In this document: in pieces, positions 37,930 through 47,404 of the stretch
How positions within the stretch are numbered: position 1 is the stretch's first letter
Layout: each line of letters starts with the position of its first letter
DNA from: an uncultured Opitutia bacterium
GTDB lineage: Bacteria > Verrucomicrobiota > Verrucomicrobiia > Opitutales > CAJWYM01
DNA: 64,000 nt
Direction of reading: 5' to 3'
Assembly (NCBI GenBank): GCA_913049555.1
Contig: CAJWYM010000002.1
Span: forward strand, 26,142-90,141
The notes under the pieces: generated by a model
The model's input: the letters and a program-made list of their open reading frames with translations, nothing else
Database searches by the model: none
What the model was told of the DNA's origin: nothing
Made by a program: the position numbers and the translations under genes

Positions 37930-39432
37930 ATGCAAAAATTTATTTATAGTTTATTCTTTGTGGTGTCGGTTTGCCTATCGGCATCAGACGACTACACCTC
38001 AAGGCTTTTGAAAGAGGCGAAACGGGATGACAGTATGAAACTCAAGCTTGTCTTAGAAAAGAGCCAAGCTTTCGAAGGAGAACCCGTCCGAGTCTTTGTT
38101 GAATGGATATCTAAGTTGCCATTGAATTCTTTTAGGAATGTCGAACTGATGGTTCCTTTTTACGATCATCCCAAGTTATTGGTTTTTGATGAGCCATTGA
38201 TCGATTCAAAAAATCCTAAATCCATTGGAATGCCCGTTACGAGGAGAAGACTCATAGCGAAAGTGGAAGAGATTCAATTGGAGGGGCAACCCCACACAAG
38301 AATTCAATTTAAACTGGTCATAATTCCTAAGTCTGAGGGATTTATCCAATTCAAGGATGCATGGATTGTGGGTTCTTATGATCCAAAAAAGAAATACAAC
38401 AACAACCGAAGATATCGAGCCCAATATCCAAGTTATTTTAACAACAATTTTTTTGATAAAGAGGACTCAGGTTCCAACTACGAACGAATCTATTCTACTG
38501 CTGATTCCTCAAGTTTAGAGGTTCTGGCGTTGCCATTGGCTGGAAAACCAAAGAATTTTAGTGGAATTGTTGGCTCCTTTTCAATGCTTGCTACTCTTTC
38601 CGAAACGAGTGTGAGTGTCGGGGACCCCATTGGCTTGAATGTCAAAATGTCAGACTATTCATTCTTACCCGCTTTAAAATTACCTCGTTTGTCCTCATAT
38701 CTCGGATTCTCCGCTCAATTTAGCTTTCCTGAGAAAGATGCAGATCGAGAATTGAGTAAAAATCATATATCATTCAATCGAACTTTACGTCCTGTGAGTT
38801 CAAGTGTTATAAGTGTTCCTCCTTTGAGAGTTTCTTATTTTGACCCGACCACTCTCAGTTATGGTTTTGTCGAAACCCCTGAAATTCCAATTTCAGTAAA
38901 AGAGTCCGAGAAGGTAACCATTGCGGATCTTGAATTTTCCGATGTGAATCAAAAAAATTATTTGCGAAAAAATACGAATGGTATTTGGGGAATTGAAATC
39001 AAACCAGATGGGAACTTTCCTTTAAAAGCAGATAAACCCAGTATTTGGCTACTAGTATCTCCATTTATTGTTTCCATCCTAGTATTCATCTTATCGATCC
39101 ATTATCGGCTAAAAAGATGGCATCCTAAAGATTATAGAAAAAAGTTTGCAAAGAAATGGTTCTTAAAATCAATTTCTGAAGCAAATACTTTGGAGGCCGT
39201 TGAGAATGTATTTAGGGATTATATTTATAATTTTTATGGTTTGAATGCAAAAGCCCATAGCTTAGAGGATCTAAAAGGATTGATTTCAGAGGAGAATTGG
39301 CCCCAGTTTCATAAAGTTTATGATTCTTTGGAGTCCTATTTCTATGGCAAAGATCAAATAGAACTGAAGCCAGAGGATGTAAAAACAATGCTTATGAAGT
39401 GTTTGTCCACAAAGAATACGAGGGGGCTATAG
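37930..39432 (+). CDS. batD: BatD-like (oxygen-tolerance family) large periplasmic protein with C-terminal TM anchor
   Basis: Start placed at ATG 37930 (MQKFIYSLFFVVSVCLSA) rather than the TTG at 37897. It has a beta-rich body, a TM helix (IWLLVSPFIVSILVFILSI) and a cytoplasmic tail. Assigned by position and architecture. Confidence 0.65.
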   Translation: MQKFIYSLFFVVSVCLSASDDYTSRLLKEAKRDDSMKLKLVLEKSQAFEGEPVRVFVEWISKLPLNSFRNVELMVPFYDHPKLLVFDEPLIDSKNPKSIGMPVTRRRLIAKVEEIQLEGQPHTRIQFKLVIIPKSEGFIQFKDAWIVGSYDPKKKYNNNRRYRAQYPSYFNNNFFDKEDSGSNYERIYSTADSSSLEVLALPLAGKPKNFSGIVGSFSMLATLSETSVSVGDPIGLNVKMSDYSFLPALKLPRLSSYLGFSAQFSFPEKDADRELSKNHISFNRTLRPVSSSVISVPPLRVSYFDPTTLSYGFVETPEIPISVKESEKVTIADLEFSDVNQKNYLRKNTNGIWGIEIKPDGNFPLKADKPSIWLLVSPFIVSILVFILSIHYRLKRWHPKDYRKKFAKKWFLKSISEANTLEAVENVFRDYIYNFYGLNAKAHSLEDLKGLISEENWPQFHKVYDSLESYFYGKDQIELKPEDVKTMLMKCLSTKNTRGL

Positions 39433-40218
39433 ATGAAGTTTTATTTAATGTTGTTTTTCTTAGTTGTAAATTCTGTTTTTGCTTTGTCCTCTGATTTATT
39501 TACGAGCGCCAATCAGTTGTATTTAAGTGCAGATGCGGAAATGTTGGTAGACCCTTCTCGAGCTAAAAACTTGTATGTAGATGCGGCTCGAATGTATGAA
39601 TCCATTGCAAAAGAAGACGAGAATCTTGCAGTTTCAGCAATGTTCAATGCAGGAAATGCATGGTTTATGGCCAAAGAATATGGGAAGGCCTTGTTTTGCT
39701 ACAAGTATGGGGAACAGTTTTCGCCTGCATCAGCAATTAAGGAAAATATTCATGCTATCTATTCAATGCGTCTCGATGAATTTGTGGAATCCTTTTCAAT
39801 TTTGGAAGCGCTCACTCACTCCTTTTATCTGATTTTTGGTGCAGAAAGAAATCGCTTTTGGCTTTTGTTTGTATTGAATTGGATCGCTTCTTTTAGTTTG
39901 CTTGCCTACCTATTTAGGTGGAATCCTATCTACAATCTAAACAAGAAAAAATGGTTCTGTCTGACATGGTTCATCTTTGTGGCAGTGATAGTATTCAGTA
40001 TAGTCATCCCTCAAAAAAGTTATGATGGAGTGATTACCTCTGAGGTAACTGCAAAAAAAGGGCCCAGTTTACTCTATGAATCTGCTTATCAAGGAAAGGT
40101 CAATCCTGGAACTGAATTTTTATTTCTAACTGAATTGCCTCAATGGCTCCAAGTGGAATTGCCGGATAGGTCCCAAGTTTGGATTCCGAAAAATACATTT
40201 AGATTGTATGACTTTTAA
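39433..40218 (+). CDS. BatE-like protein (TPR + TM helices + C-terminal SH3b-like domain)
   Basis: 261-aa ORF whose ATG directly abuts the upstream TAG. It has TPR-like FNAGNAWFMAKEYGKALFCYKYG, two TM helices, and a C-terminal WLQVELPDRSQVWIPKNTF that looks like a bacterial SH3 domain. Confidence 0.6.
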   Translation: MKFYLMLFFLVVNSVFALSSDLFTSANQLYLSADAEMLVDPSRAKNLYVDAARMYESIAKEDENLAVSAMFNAGNAWFMAKEYGKALFCYKYGEQFSPASAIKENIHAIYSMRLDEFVESFSILEALTHSFYLIFGAERNRFWLLFVLNWIASFSLLAYLFRWNPIYNLNKKKWFCLTWFIFVAVIVFSIVIPQKSYDGVITSEVTAKKGPSLLYESAYQGKVNPGTEFLFLTELPQWLQVELPDRSQVWIPKNTFRLYDF

Positions 40219-40379
40219 TTTTTAAAGGACCCGAGTGTATATAAATAGCTCTCATTATCAAAATTCAAGATTGTCTGACTCCGCTTTCTATTGAAGGATA
40301 CCCTGTATTTATTTAGGTTTCCCGATCAGAAAATTTAATTTTACAGTGAAAAAGAAGGACACAATGGGGTAGCTTGAAA

Positions 40380-42362
40380 TCATTGGGTAATGATTTCAGT
40401 TTTAAGAGAGATAAATGGTTTCAGGTCCCTTTGAATCATTTGCTGGGAAATGGGTCGAGTCCAGATTTTCAATTCATCAATGGATCCTTTATAAGGATTT
40501 GCCAACTGGTCAAATACTTTATGGCTGGTTCCATATCCGCCGATACTAATTTTCATATTGTTTGTCGGATCTACTTTCCGGTCGGTTCCAATTATTTTAG
40601 AAGCTAAGAGTTCTCCATCTAAATAAATCAACAATTTTGATAAATAGCACTTTGGTTTGGGAACGACAACTGTGATGTTGTGCCATTGATTGTCATTGAC
40701 TTTTATTTCTCCAAGCAATGCAGAGTCCTTAGCAATGGAAACTTCTGGGAAACCATTATTAATATTTAAATTTAAGAAATTTTTCAGTTCAGATCCCCAA
40801 ATAGGGGATCCATTAATAAGAATGTGGTGTCCATTGGATTTGGTTTTCACCCAAATTGAAAAAGAGAGGGCCCTTTTGTTATCATAAGGTCCCATAGCAA
40901 AAACACCCAGTCGACTCTCTGGAGTCATTTGAATCGCATTTCCAGAAATCCCAGCAGTGGATGATATACCAGTCCCAAAAGAATCGAATTGAGGACCAAA
41001 TTCACCCCTATTAGGCAGGTTTTGAGTTGCTTTTTTGCCTCGCAATAGCAAGAAGTTTTTATGATCTCTCAGTCCTATTATTGGGCGCTTTTCAAGTGGA
41101 ATAATACTTTCAAAATCGTAATGAAGAATCGGTTGGTTGACATCCACTAACTCAAGCTCCCCCTCTCCTTTAATTATTATTTCAGGGTTCCTTTTATCTA
41201 CAACCAATGAGCCAATGACCTCATAGTCTTGGTTTGGATCTTTGAGGTTATAATCTAGAACTCCCAAGCAGGTAATTTCAATTTTATCAGCACAAATATC
41301 TACAGTCTGAAAGTTTGAGAAAAAATTTCCTCGAGTCACTACTTGCAGCAAATTGGATTGAGAATCTTGTATCACTGTGTTTGCATGGACTTCACCAGCA
41401 AAATAAATATCTACTTTGTATTTTCGCATCAATTTCCAAACCGCTGAATCTTCCCCTTTATCCATAAGCATCCCGCTACTGTTTAGCTTTTTGACCGGAG
41501 AAAGAATGGGAAGATGAGACTGCACAAAAATATGTTCAATACTGCGATCCTGATTGGCTTGTTTTAAAACACTCTCAAACCAACTCAATTGGCCGCTATT
41601 GATATCTCCAGTTACAGTGCCTTCTTCACCAATACGAATTTCTGGGGATTTCTGATAAAAAGCATCCAGAGTTACAAAGAGTGCATTTTTATGTTGGTAG
41701 GCAAATGCAGTGTCTTCGTAAGGGGTACCCAAAGGTCTGGATGGAATCTCTCCAATTTTTTGAGTGAATTTAAAGAGTCCCGTGTCTTTATCATAGTTAA
41801 ACTCACGAGCCATAATTTTTTTGAAAGTATTTAGATGCTTTGATTTTTCACTGTTCTCGCGCCATGGATTGTCTCCAATTTCATGGTCTCCAACAGCGAA
41901 TAGAAGTTTTTCATATCCCGCCTTCTTGAAGGAATCTATCATTCCGCCATAACAAAAGGAGCCAGCTTGGAGGATGGTTGATTCTACGGAACCGCCCGGA
42001 TTGTATTGTCGGATAAATTTTGCTCGATCCCAATGACCTCCGTTGCTATCTCCAGGCATAAAAATAAACTCACCGCCGTATTCTTTTTTTATTTTTTGCA
42101 GATTTAAAAGGTCGTTCTTGATTGCTGGGTTAAGCCACTCTGGGTTGTTCTTGAGTTGAACATATTTCTCAGCACTGTGCCAATCAGCCAGAAGGAGAAA
42201 CCTCCAAGAATCGACGTTTGAATCGGCCCATAGAGCCTTGGTCGATAAACCCAATAAAAGAAGGGATGTGTAAATGAGTGACAAAGTTCTTCGGGCTTTT
42301 TTAACCATTGGATCTCTTGACAATATTCTTGAAGATTCTTTATAAAAATTCTCTTTTTTCAT
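40380..42362 (-). CDS. Calcineurin-like metallophosphoesterase fused to a LamG/concanavalin-A-like lectin domain
   Basis: 660-aa ORF with an N-terminal anchor/signal. Phosphoesterase blocks present: LLLADWHS, MPGDSNGGHW, VGDHEIGDN, VQSHLP, AGEVHAN. The C-terminus has LamG-type ALSFSIWVKT, WHNITVV, IYLDGELL and GSIDELKIWTRP. Confidence 0.75.
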   Translation of the reverse strand: MKKENFYKESSRILSRDPMVKKARRTLSLIYTSLLLLGLSTKALWADSNVDSWRFLLLADWHSAEKYVQLKNNPEWLNPAIKNDLLNLQKIKKEYGGEFIFMPGDSNGGHWDRAKFIRQYNPGGSVESTILQAGSFCYGGMIDSFKKAGYEKLLFAVGDHEIGDNPWRENSEKSKHLNTFKKIMAREFNYDKDTGLFKFTQKIGEIPSRPLGTPYEDTAFAYQHKNALFVTLDAFYQKSPEIRIGEEGTVTGDINSGQLSWFESVLKQANQDRSIEHIFVQSHLPILSPVKKLNSSGMLMDKGEDSAVWKLMRKYKVDIYFAGEVHANTVIQDSQSNLLQVVTRGNFFSNFQTVDICADKIEITCLGVLDYNLKDPNQDYEVIGSLVVDKRNPEIIIKGEGELELVDVNQPILHYDFESIIPLEKRPIIGLRDHKNFLLLRGKKATQNLPNRGEFGPQFDSFGTGISSTAGISGNAIQMTPESRLGVFAMGPYDNKRALSFSIWVKTKSNGHHILINGSPIWGSELKNFLNLNINNGFPEVSIAKDSALLGEIKVNDNQWHNITVVVPKPKCYLSKLLIYLDGELLASKIIGTDRKVDPTNNMKISIGGYGTSHKVFDQLANPYKGSIDELKIWTRPISQQMIQRDLKPFISLKTEIITQ

Positions 42363-42369
42363 ACTCTTT

Positions 42370-43014
42370 TTAATCGTTTGATTTCAAGATAATGTTGGAC
42401 AAAAGTAGACTACTCTTTTCGTCTGCGATGTACATTTTTTCTTTTTGATCGTTTAGAAATTGAAAAAATAAAGTTAAATCTCTGTAGGGATCTTCATGGA
42501 TATAATTTACGAATTTAATCTCCCACAACAACCAATCATCCCCTAGCTTTTTAATCTTGGATTGGTCCATCTCTCCATAAGTGGATATGGAATTTTCATC
42601 CACAGATTTTGCCCTGTGAATATCAAGGGTGACCGAAAAAATCTTTTCTGGAATCGCTTCATTCCAAGTTTTGTCTTTCAAACGAGAATAGACAGTCACA
42701 TTTTGGAATCGAATTCCGTTGCTTTTGACAAATAAACTCAAGGTGTATTTGCCTTTTTTTGATTTTTGTTTGGATCTGAATCTTAAAGAGTGATTCTCAG
42801 AATCTCCAAAGGGAATGCATTCAAAAATTTGAAAGGATTTTTTCTCGATTTGTTCGGAACCAGATGGAACCCATTTTACATATTTTTTATTGAAGTCTGA
42901 TTCAGTGAATTTAGATTCCTCGGCGTTCATGGAAACTGAGCTGAGAGTGAAAACAAGTAAAAGGATTGAAATAAAATATTTTTTATTCACGTTATAAAAT
43001 TCAGTGGCATTCAT
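42370..43014 (-). CDS. Hypothetical secreted protein
   Basis: 214-aa ORF with a signal/anchor-like FISILLLVFTLSSVSMNA. It is 7 nt upstream of the next gene in the same operon. No known motif. Confidence 0.55.
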   Translation of the reverse strand: MNATEFYNVNKKYFISILLLVFTLSSVSMNAEESKFTESDFNKKYVKWVPSGSEQIEKKSFQIFECIPFGDSENHSLRFRSKQKSKKGKYTLSLFVKSNGIRFQNVTVYSRLKDKTWNEAIPEKIFSVTLDIHRAKSVDENSISTYGEMDQSKIKKLGDDWLLWEIKFVNYIHEDPYRDLTLFFQFLNDQKEKMYIADEKSSLLLSNIILKSND

Positions 43015-43023
43015 TGGTATTTT

Positions 43024-43773
43024 CTATTTTTTATTTAATTCTGATTGAAGATTCTTCTTTTCTTTCCAATACAAACTATTCAATTCAAAAAGATGATGAA
43101 AACGATACCTTTCATTACCAATAGGAAAAATAAAGAAGTGGGTTCTAGCATCTGGCTTTCTAGGCCAAGAGCTTCTAAAAGTGGAGGACCAATGATCCTT
43201 ACTGCTTTCCACTCCGATGTTCATAGCCATAGGAGTGTTGGAGTCGTATAAATTGCTAAATTCCAAGGGATCCTCCCCCCGATTTTTCAGGTAGTGAATC
43301 ACTTTTGATTTTAGTGGACTCACCGCGATAATTTGGTCTCCTAATTTCATAGCTATGTTTTTTTTAGTAAAGTTGTACAGCCTTAAGGATCCTTTTGGGA
43401 ACCCCTTTTTCGAATTTCCATAAACAAGATTTTTCAAGTTTTTCCCTGATTTGTTATGAAAAAAAAGGATCAGCTGATCGGAAAGCTCTTTTTTAAATTT
43501 TACATGACTAAGGATTCTTTTCTTTCCATCCTTTTCTTTTTGATAAAAGGAGAGTCTGTAAGGTCCTTCATAGTAATACTCCTCAGATATTTTATCGATG
43601 TAGAGATGCAACTTCTTCTCTTTACCATGAATATCCTGATAATAAATATCTTTTATGTCTGAGCCCCAAGAAAAGGCCCTAAAATATAGTTTTGCAATGT
43701 CATCCCCAGAATCGGCATAGGAACTCTGAAAGATCAAGTGGATTGCAAGGAACAAAAGAATCAAGAATTTCAT
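43024..43773 (-). CDS. Hypothetical secreted protein
   Basis: Start placed at the internal ATG 43773 (MKFLILLFLAIHLIFQSSYA, a signal peptide). This removes the 56-nt overlap with the upstream gene implied by the track start at 43851. No known motif. Confidence 0.55.
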   Translation of the reverse strand: MKFLILLFLAIHLIFQSSYADSGDDIAKLYFRAFSWGSDIKDIYYQDIHGKEKKLHLYIDKISEEYYYEGPYRLSFYQKEKDGKKRILSHVKFKKELSDQLILFFHNKSGKNLKNLVYGNSKKGFPKGSLRLYNFTKKNIAMKLGDQIIAVSPLKSKVIHYLKNRGEDPLEFSNLYDSNTPMAMNIGVESSKDHWSSTFRSSWPRKPDARTHFFIFPIGNERYRFHHLFELNSLYWKEKKNLQSELNKK

Positions 43774-43795
43774 TGTGAATGGATTAAAAAAAGTT

Positions 43796-46700
43796 CTAAG
43801 TTTTATCGGGGTCAATCCACCTGAAGAAAACAATCTGGAATTTTCTGCCAAATTTATTTTGGACTGACTTGTAAGCTGGATCTGCTATCTCCTCGTCTTG
43901 CTCTATGAAACTTGGGATCCTTTGAAGCACCGCTTCACAGATTGAGTTAGAAAGGATTTTTCCTGTAATGGGATCCATGCTTTCGCCCGAAGATCGAATC
44001 ACAAAAGTATCCGATCGAGTATTGATGACAGGAGCCATCATTTGAAGGAGATCATTTTGCAACAACCAAGTGGGTTGCCCAGCTGCCTTATCCGGTGACA
44101 AGTTAGAAGAGCTTTCAGTTCCCCAAAGAGTTGCACTGGGAGAACCCGATTGAAAACTTGCGGACTTTAAGTTGATTCCTTTATCCAAAGCTGCCTGGAG
44201 GGCCCCTTTATCTCCTAATGGGCTATTTTCCAAGCGTCGATTCACAAATTCAGACAAGTTTAGGAAGGGCCCCCTTTTTCTTACTTCTTCAATCATCGTC
44301 TCCGACAAAGCATCGAGTTCCTCAGGAGTCAAGGTTCGAAAACCAGACCATGAATTGGGATTGTCAATTTCATCTTCTTTATCAACTGCTTCTCCCATAG
44401 GATTTGAGAGTCTCATAATGTGATACAATCCACTTGCATTGGATTGCATCGTTTTTTTATTGATATTGTAAAAATCCATCCTTTTTTTATCAGACAAATT
44501 TCGGTTTAGGCTTCCTAAAAAAAGTTTCCAAGCTGTTTTATTGGTAGAATTGATATTGAAGCCTCCGTCAATCCATAATTTTGAGGAGGCTTGATGATAA
44601 TCCCTCAACTGATCCATATATGCAGAGTTGATTTCATCTCCATTCTTATAAAACTTCAGTCGTCCGTTGGGCAAAGTCTTTTGTTCCCTTACAAAACCTT
44701 CTTCTACCTCATCGTAGGGAGGGATTGAGGGAGAGCTAATAGAAGGTATGGATGAGAAAAAGAAAGTATCAAACAAAGCATCGTTGTAGAACCAAGACCA
44801 GTCCAAAGTATGGACTTCATTTCCAAAATAATCTGCTTCACTAGCAGAATAAGTTCTGGCAGTTCTATTGGATGAAAAAGGAGGGGCGTATGAGTTGCCA
44901 ATTGTATACATTGCCGATGTATCAAACATGCCTATATCTGCATGCATCAACTGTCCTAGTGAAAGCAAAGGTTTTCGGGGCACCTCTTTAGACAGCACAT
45001 ATTTTTGACCATAATCAGAAAGTTCATTTCCCCATTTGGCATACCCAGTCAAACTATTGGGGTTTTCTTGAGTATAAAATTGACTCCATTCTGATCGATT
45101 CATGTAACGACTTTGCCAAAGAGATGAATGCATCTCACTTTTAACATTTGGGGTGAAGTGCCATGCAAGCGGATTGAATTGAGCATGGATAGGAAGATCT
45201 GATTCTGGTCCATGAGTGGTCTTCAGTGAGTAGAAAATGGCCAGTGGATAATTAGTAAGTCCACTGGTATACCATTCACTCACTTTATTGTAAGGCGTGA
45301 AGGTAAAATCCTTGTTTCCACCCTGATAAATAAATGCACTGCCAACCCGAACCGTAGTGCCTAGTGCTGCCTCGGGTTCTATAGTCCCAGGACTGTTGCT
45401 GAGTGCTGCGGGTTCATCGGGAGCGACTGTTAAGTAAAATCTACCCTGAACTTTATAATTGATATCTGAACTCTCTAAGGTCGATTCGGACAACTCAATT
45501 TTCTCAAAGAGCTGAGTTGCCTTAAGAAGGGTGCTGGGAGGAGGATTCGACTTGATTTGTAAACCAGAAACGCCATAGGAGGAAACGGTATTGTCCACTG
45601 GAGTCCCTTGATCGGAGACAAAATCCTCTGGCCAGAGCATACTCTGATTTCCATCATTTCCATACTGATAATTACTGTAATTGGGGTGGGGTTTTTCCTT
45701 CCAATAATCGGCATTCAAAAGTCCAAAAGATTTCACCTCTCCAGGTAAAAATTCTGCATCCATAATGAGGTGGAACTGACTGTTCCATCCCTTAAGAAAA
45801 CCGAGATCTTTTAGCATTTGAAACCATTCTGCTTTGCTATTTCCCAGAGGTTTTACATTCGAGCTATTGATTGCTTTATTGGTTTTCCAAATACCTCTCC
45901 AATCCATGGTTTCAAAGGTCCCATCGTTGTCAGTATCGGCTGAAATTTCCACTTGAAATGCAGGATCAAAATGAACCCTGTAATTGTTTGCAGCCAATCG
46001 AACATTGTAAGGATTCCACAAGACAAATTGAGGGCTTATTCTCCATGAGTAGGAAGTGATTTCATCTCCATCGTTTTTTATATATCCAGAAGATTTGTGA
46101 CCAGTCAACTTTATGCGCAAGAGAATTTGGGTGACAACAGGAGCTATCGGGTGAATGGTCGGATCAAATGGTTCCCCATTTTTGTAGAGAATGGAACCAT
46201 TCAAAGTATTTGTAGCCTCAAATTCTTTTTGTGGAAGGAATGAAATCAAATTTCCTGATTCATCTTTACAGGTATCCAATGGTTTTATCGAGGGCATGTA
46301 AGGATCTGAGAAATCTAATTTCTTATAAAGATTGTAGTAGCTTTTTAATAGATCCCATTTTGGAGATTTGAAGTCTGGAAAGCGTTGACGCAGGGAATCT
46401 GAGAGAGTGAAAATTCTGGAGCCCATCAAGGTAGAATCAAATTGATTGTCTAAACCTCTACTGAGATCCAGTTTTAATCCTCCCGATCTCATATTGGTTA
46501 AGAGTGAGTATCCGAAGGTGGTAACCTCATTCGCATAGTTTTTTATCCATGCAGTCGGATTGGTTTTATCCAAAAGACTTGCTTGCTTCAAGGTAATTAG
46601 GCTCTGCAATTTGTTTTTATTCAACATATATTCTGAAGCGATTTCAGGCAGTAACTCAAAGGCATACCGTTGCGAACTTATATTTTGAATTGCATTTTTT

Positions 46701-47362
46701 TGCATCTTTTGTGTGCCACTGGAGAAAAGGGAGTACTCTTTCTCAAATGTATTTTTGATATTGATTTTTGCTTTTACCCCTTCATCTAAAATACCCCAAG
46801 CGTAGGAACCCATCTGATTTTTTTCATTGTCGAGGACGGGCACTTTATCTGCGAAAAAATTAAGTTTTGGAAACAAGGGAACCGTTTCGCTGTCATTGGG
46901 TTTGAAAGGATCCAAAGAACTTGTGTAGTCCCGTTTGTCTTTGTGCGATACCAACCATTTTCTAAAAGGTTTAGAACTTGGATTTTCTGGGTTGTAATTG
47001 CTCGCATCCCAAACCCCAGTCCAGGAAATATTTTGATTTTTAGAAGCCCTATTTAAAAGGTCTGCATTCGCTGAAACTCTTAGGTCTGGACCCAATTCCT
47101 GCTGCAATTCACTGATCGCTTGTTGCAAGGCAAATTTAGCATTCTGTTTGGATAGGGAGCGGTGTTTGAGTGCCTCAGCAGATTTTATTTGCACACGAAT
47201 TGTAGAACTGGCCACAAATACTAATAACAGAATCAATGACAGAACCATCAAGGATACAATCAATGCGAATCCAGATCGATGGGGGTGATTTTTTAAGTTA
47301 TTGGGTCGGTTTTTCAATGGAATTCTTGTCAAATTATATCTATAATGAAATCTATCAATCAT
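43796..47362 (-). CDS. Giant (1188 aa) GspK/PilX-like minor pseudopilin / putative pilus tip protein
   Basis: A 31-aa basic leader ends RSG|FALIVSLMVLSLILLLVFVASS, with Gly at -1 and no Glu at +5. A C-terminal RGPFLNLSEFVNRRL (44231-44275) resembles the GspK HhH-like segment. The remaining ~1000 aa are unassigned. Confidence 0.65.
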   Translation of the reverse strand: MIDRFHYRYNLTRIPLKNRPNNLKNHPHRSGFALIVSLMVLSLILLLVFVASSTIRVQIKSAEALKHRSLSKQNAKFALQQAISELQQELGPDLRVSANADLLNRASKNQNISWTGVWDASNYNPENPSSKPFRKWLVSHKDKRDYTSSLDPFKPNDSETVPLFPKLNFFADKVPVLDNEKNQMGSYAWGILDEGVKAKINIKNTFEKEYSLFSSGTQKMQKNAIQNISSQRYAFELLPEIASEYMLNKNKLQSLITLKQASLLDKTNPTAWIKNYANEVTTFGYSLLTNMRSGGLKLDLSRGLDNQFDSTLMGSRIFTLSDSLRQRFPDFKSPKWDLLKSYYNLYKKLDFSDPYMPSIKPLDTCKDESGNLISFLPQKEFEATNTLNGSILYKNGEPFDPTIHPIAPVVTQILLRIKLTGHKSSGYIKNDGDEITSYSWRISPQFVLWNPYNVRLAANNYRVHFDPAFQVEISADTDNDGTFETMDWRGIWKTNKAINSSNVKPLGNSKAEWFQMLKDLGFLKGWNSQFHLIMDAEFLPGEVKSFGLLNADYWKEKPHPNYSNYQYGNDGNQSMLWPEDFVSDQGTPVDNTVSSYGVSGLQIKSNPPPSTLLKATQLFEKIELSESTLESSDINYKVQGRFYLTVAPDEPAALSNSPGTIEPEAALGTTVRVGSAFIYQGGNKDFTFTPYNKVSEWYTSGLTNYPLAIFYSLKTTHGPESDLPIHAQFNPLAWHFTPNVKSEMHSSLWQSRYMNRSEWSQFYTQENPNSLTGYAKWGNELSDYGQKYVLSKEVPRKPLLSLGQLMHADIGMFDTSAMYTIGNSYAPPFSSNRTARTYSASEADYFGNEVHTLDWSWFYNDALFDTFFFSSIPSISSPSIPPYDEVEEGFVREQKTLPNGRLKFYKNGDEINSAYMDQLRDYHQASSKLWIDGGFNINSTNKTAWKLFLGSLNRNLSDKKRMDFYNINKKTMQSNASGLYHIMRLSNPMGEAVDKEDEIDNPNSWSGFRTLTPEELDALSETMIEEVRKRGPFLNLSEFVNRRLENSPLGDKGALQAALDKGINLKSASFQSGSPSATLWGTESSSNLSPDKAAGQPTWLLQNDLLQMMAPVINTRSDTFVIRSSGESMDPITGKILSNSICEAVLQRIPSFIEQDEEIADPAYKSVQNKFGRKFQIVFFRWIDPDKT

Positions 47363-47375
47363 ATCAATAAATCAA

Positions 47376-47404
47376 AATATAACACATTTTGTAAAACAGT
47401 TCAA
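47376..47404 (-). promoter_or_regulatory. Sigma70-like promoter candidate for the giant pseudopilin operon
   Basis: Read on the minus strand: TTGAAC (47404-47399), a 17-nt spacer, TATATT (47381-47376), then only 13 nt to the ATG at 47362. This implies a very short or leaderless mRNA and there is no SD. Confidence 0.35.
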
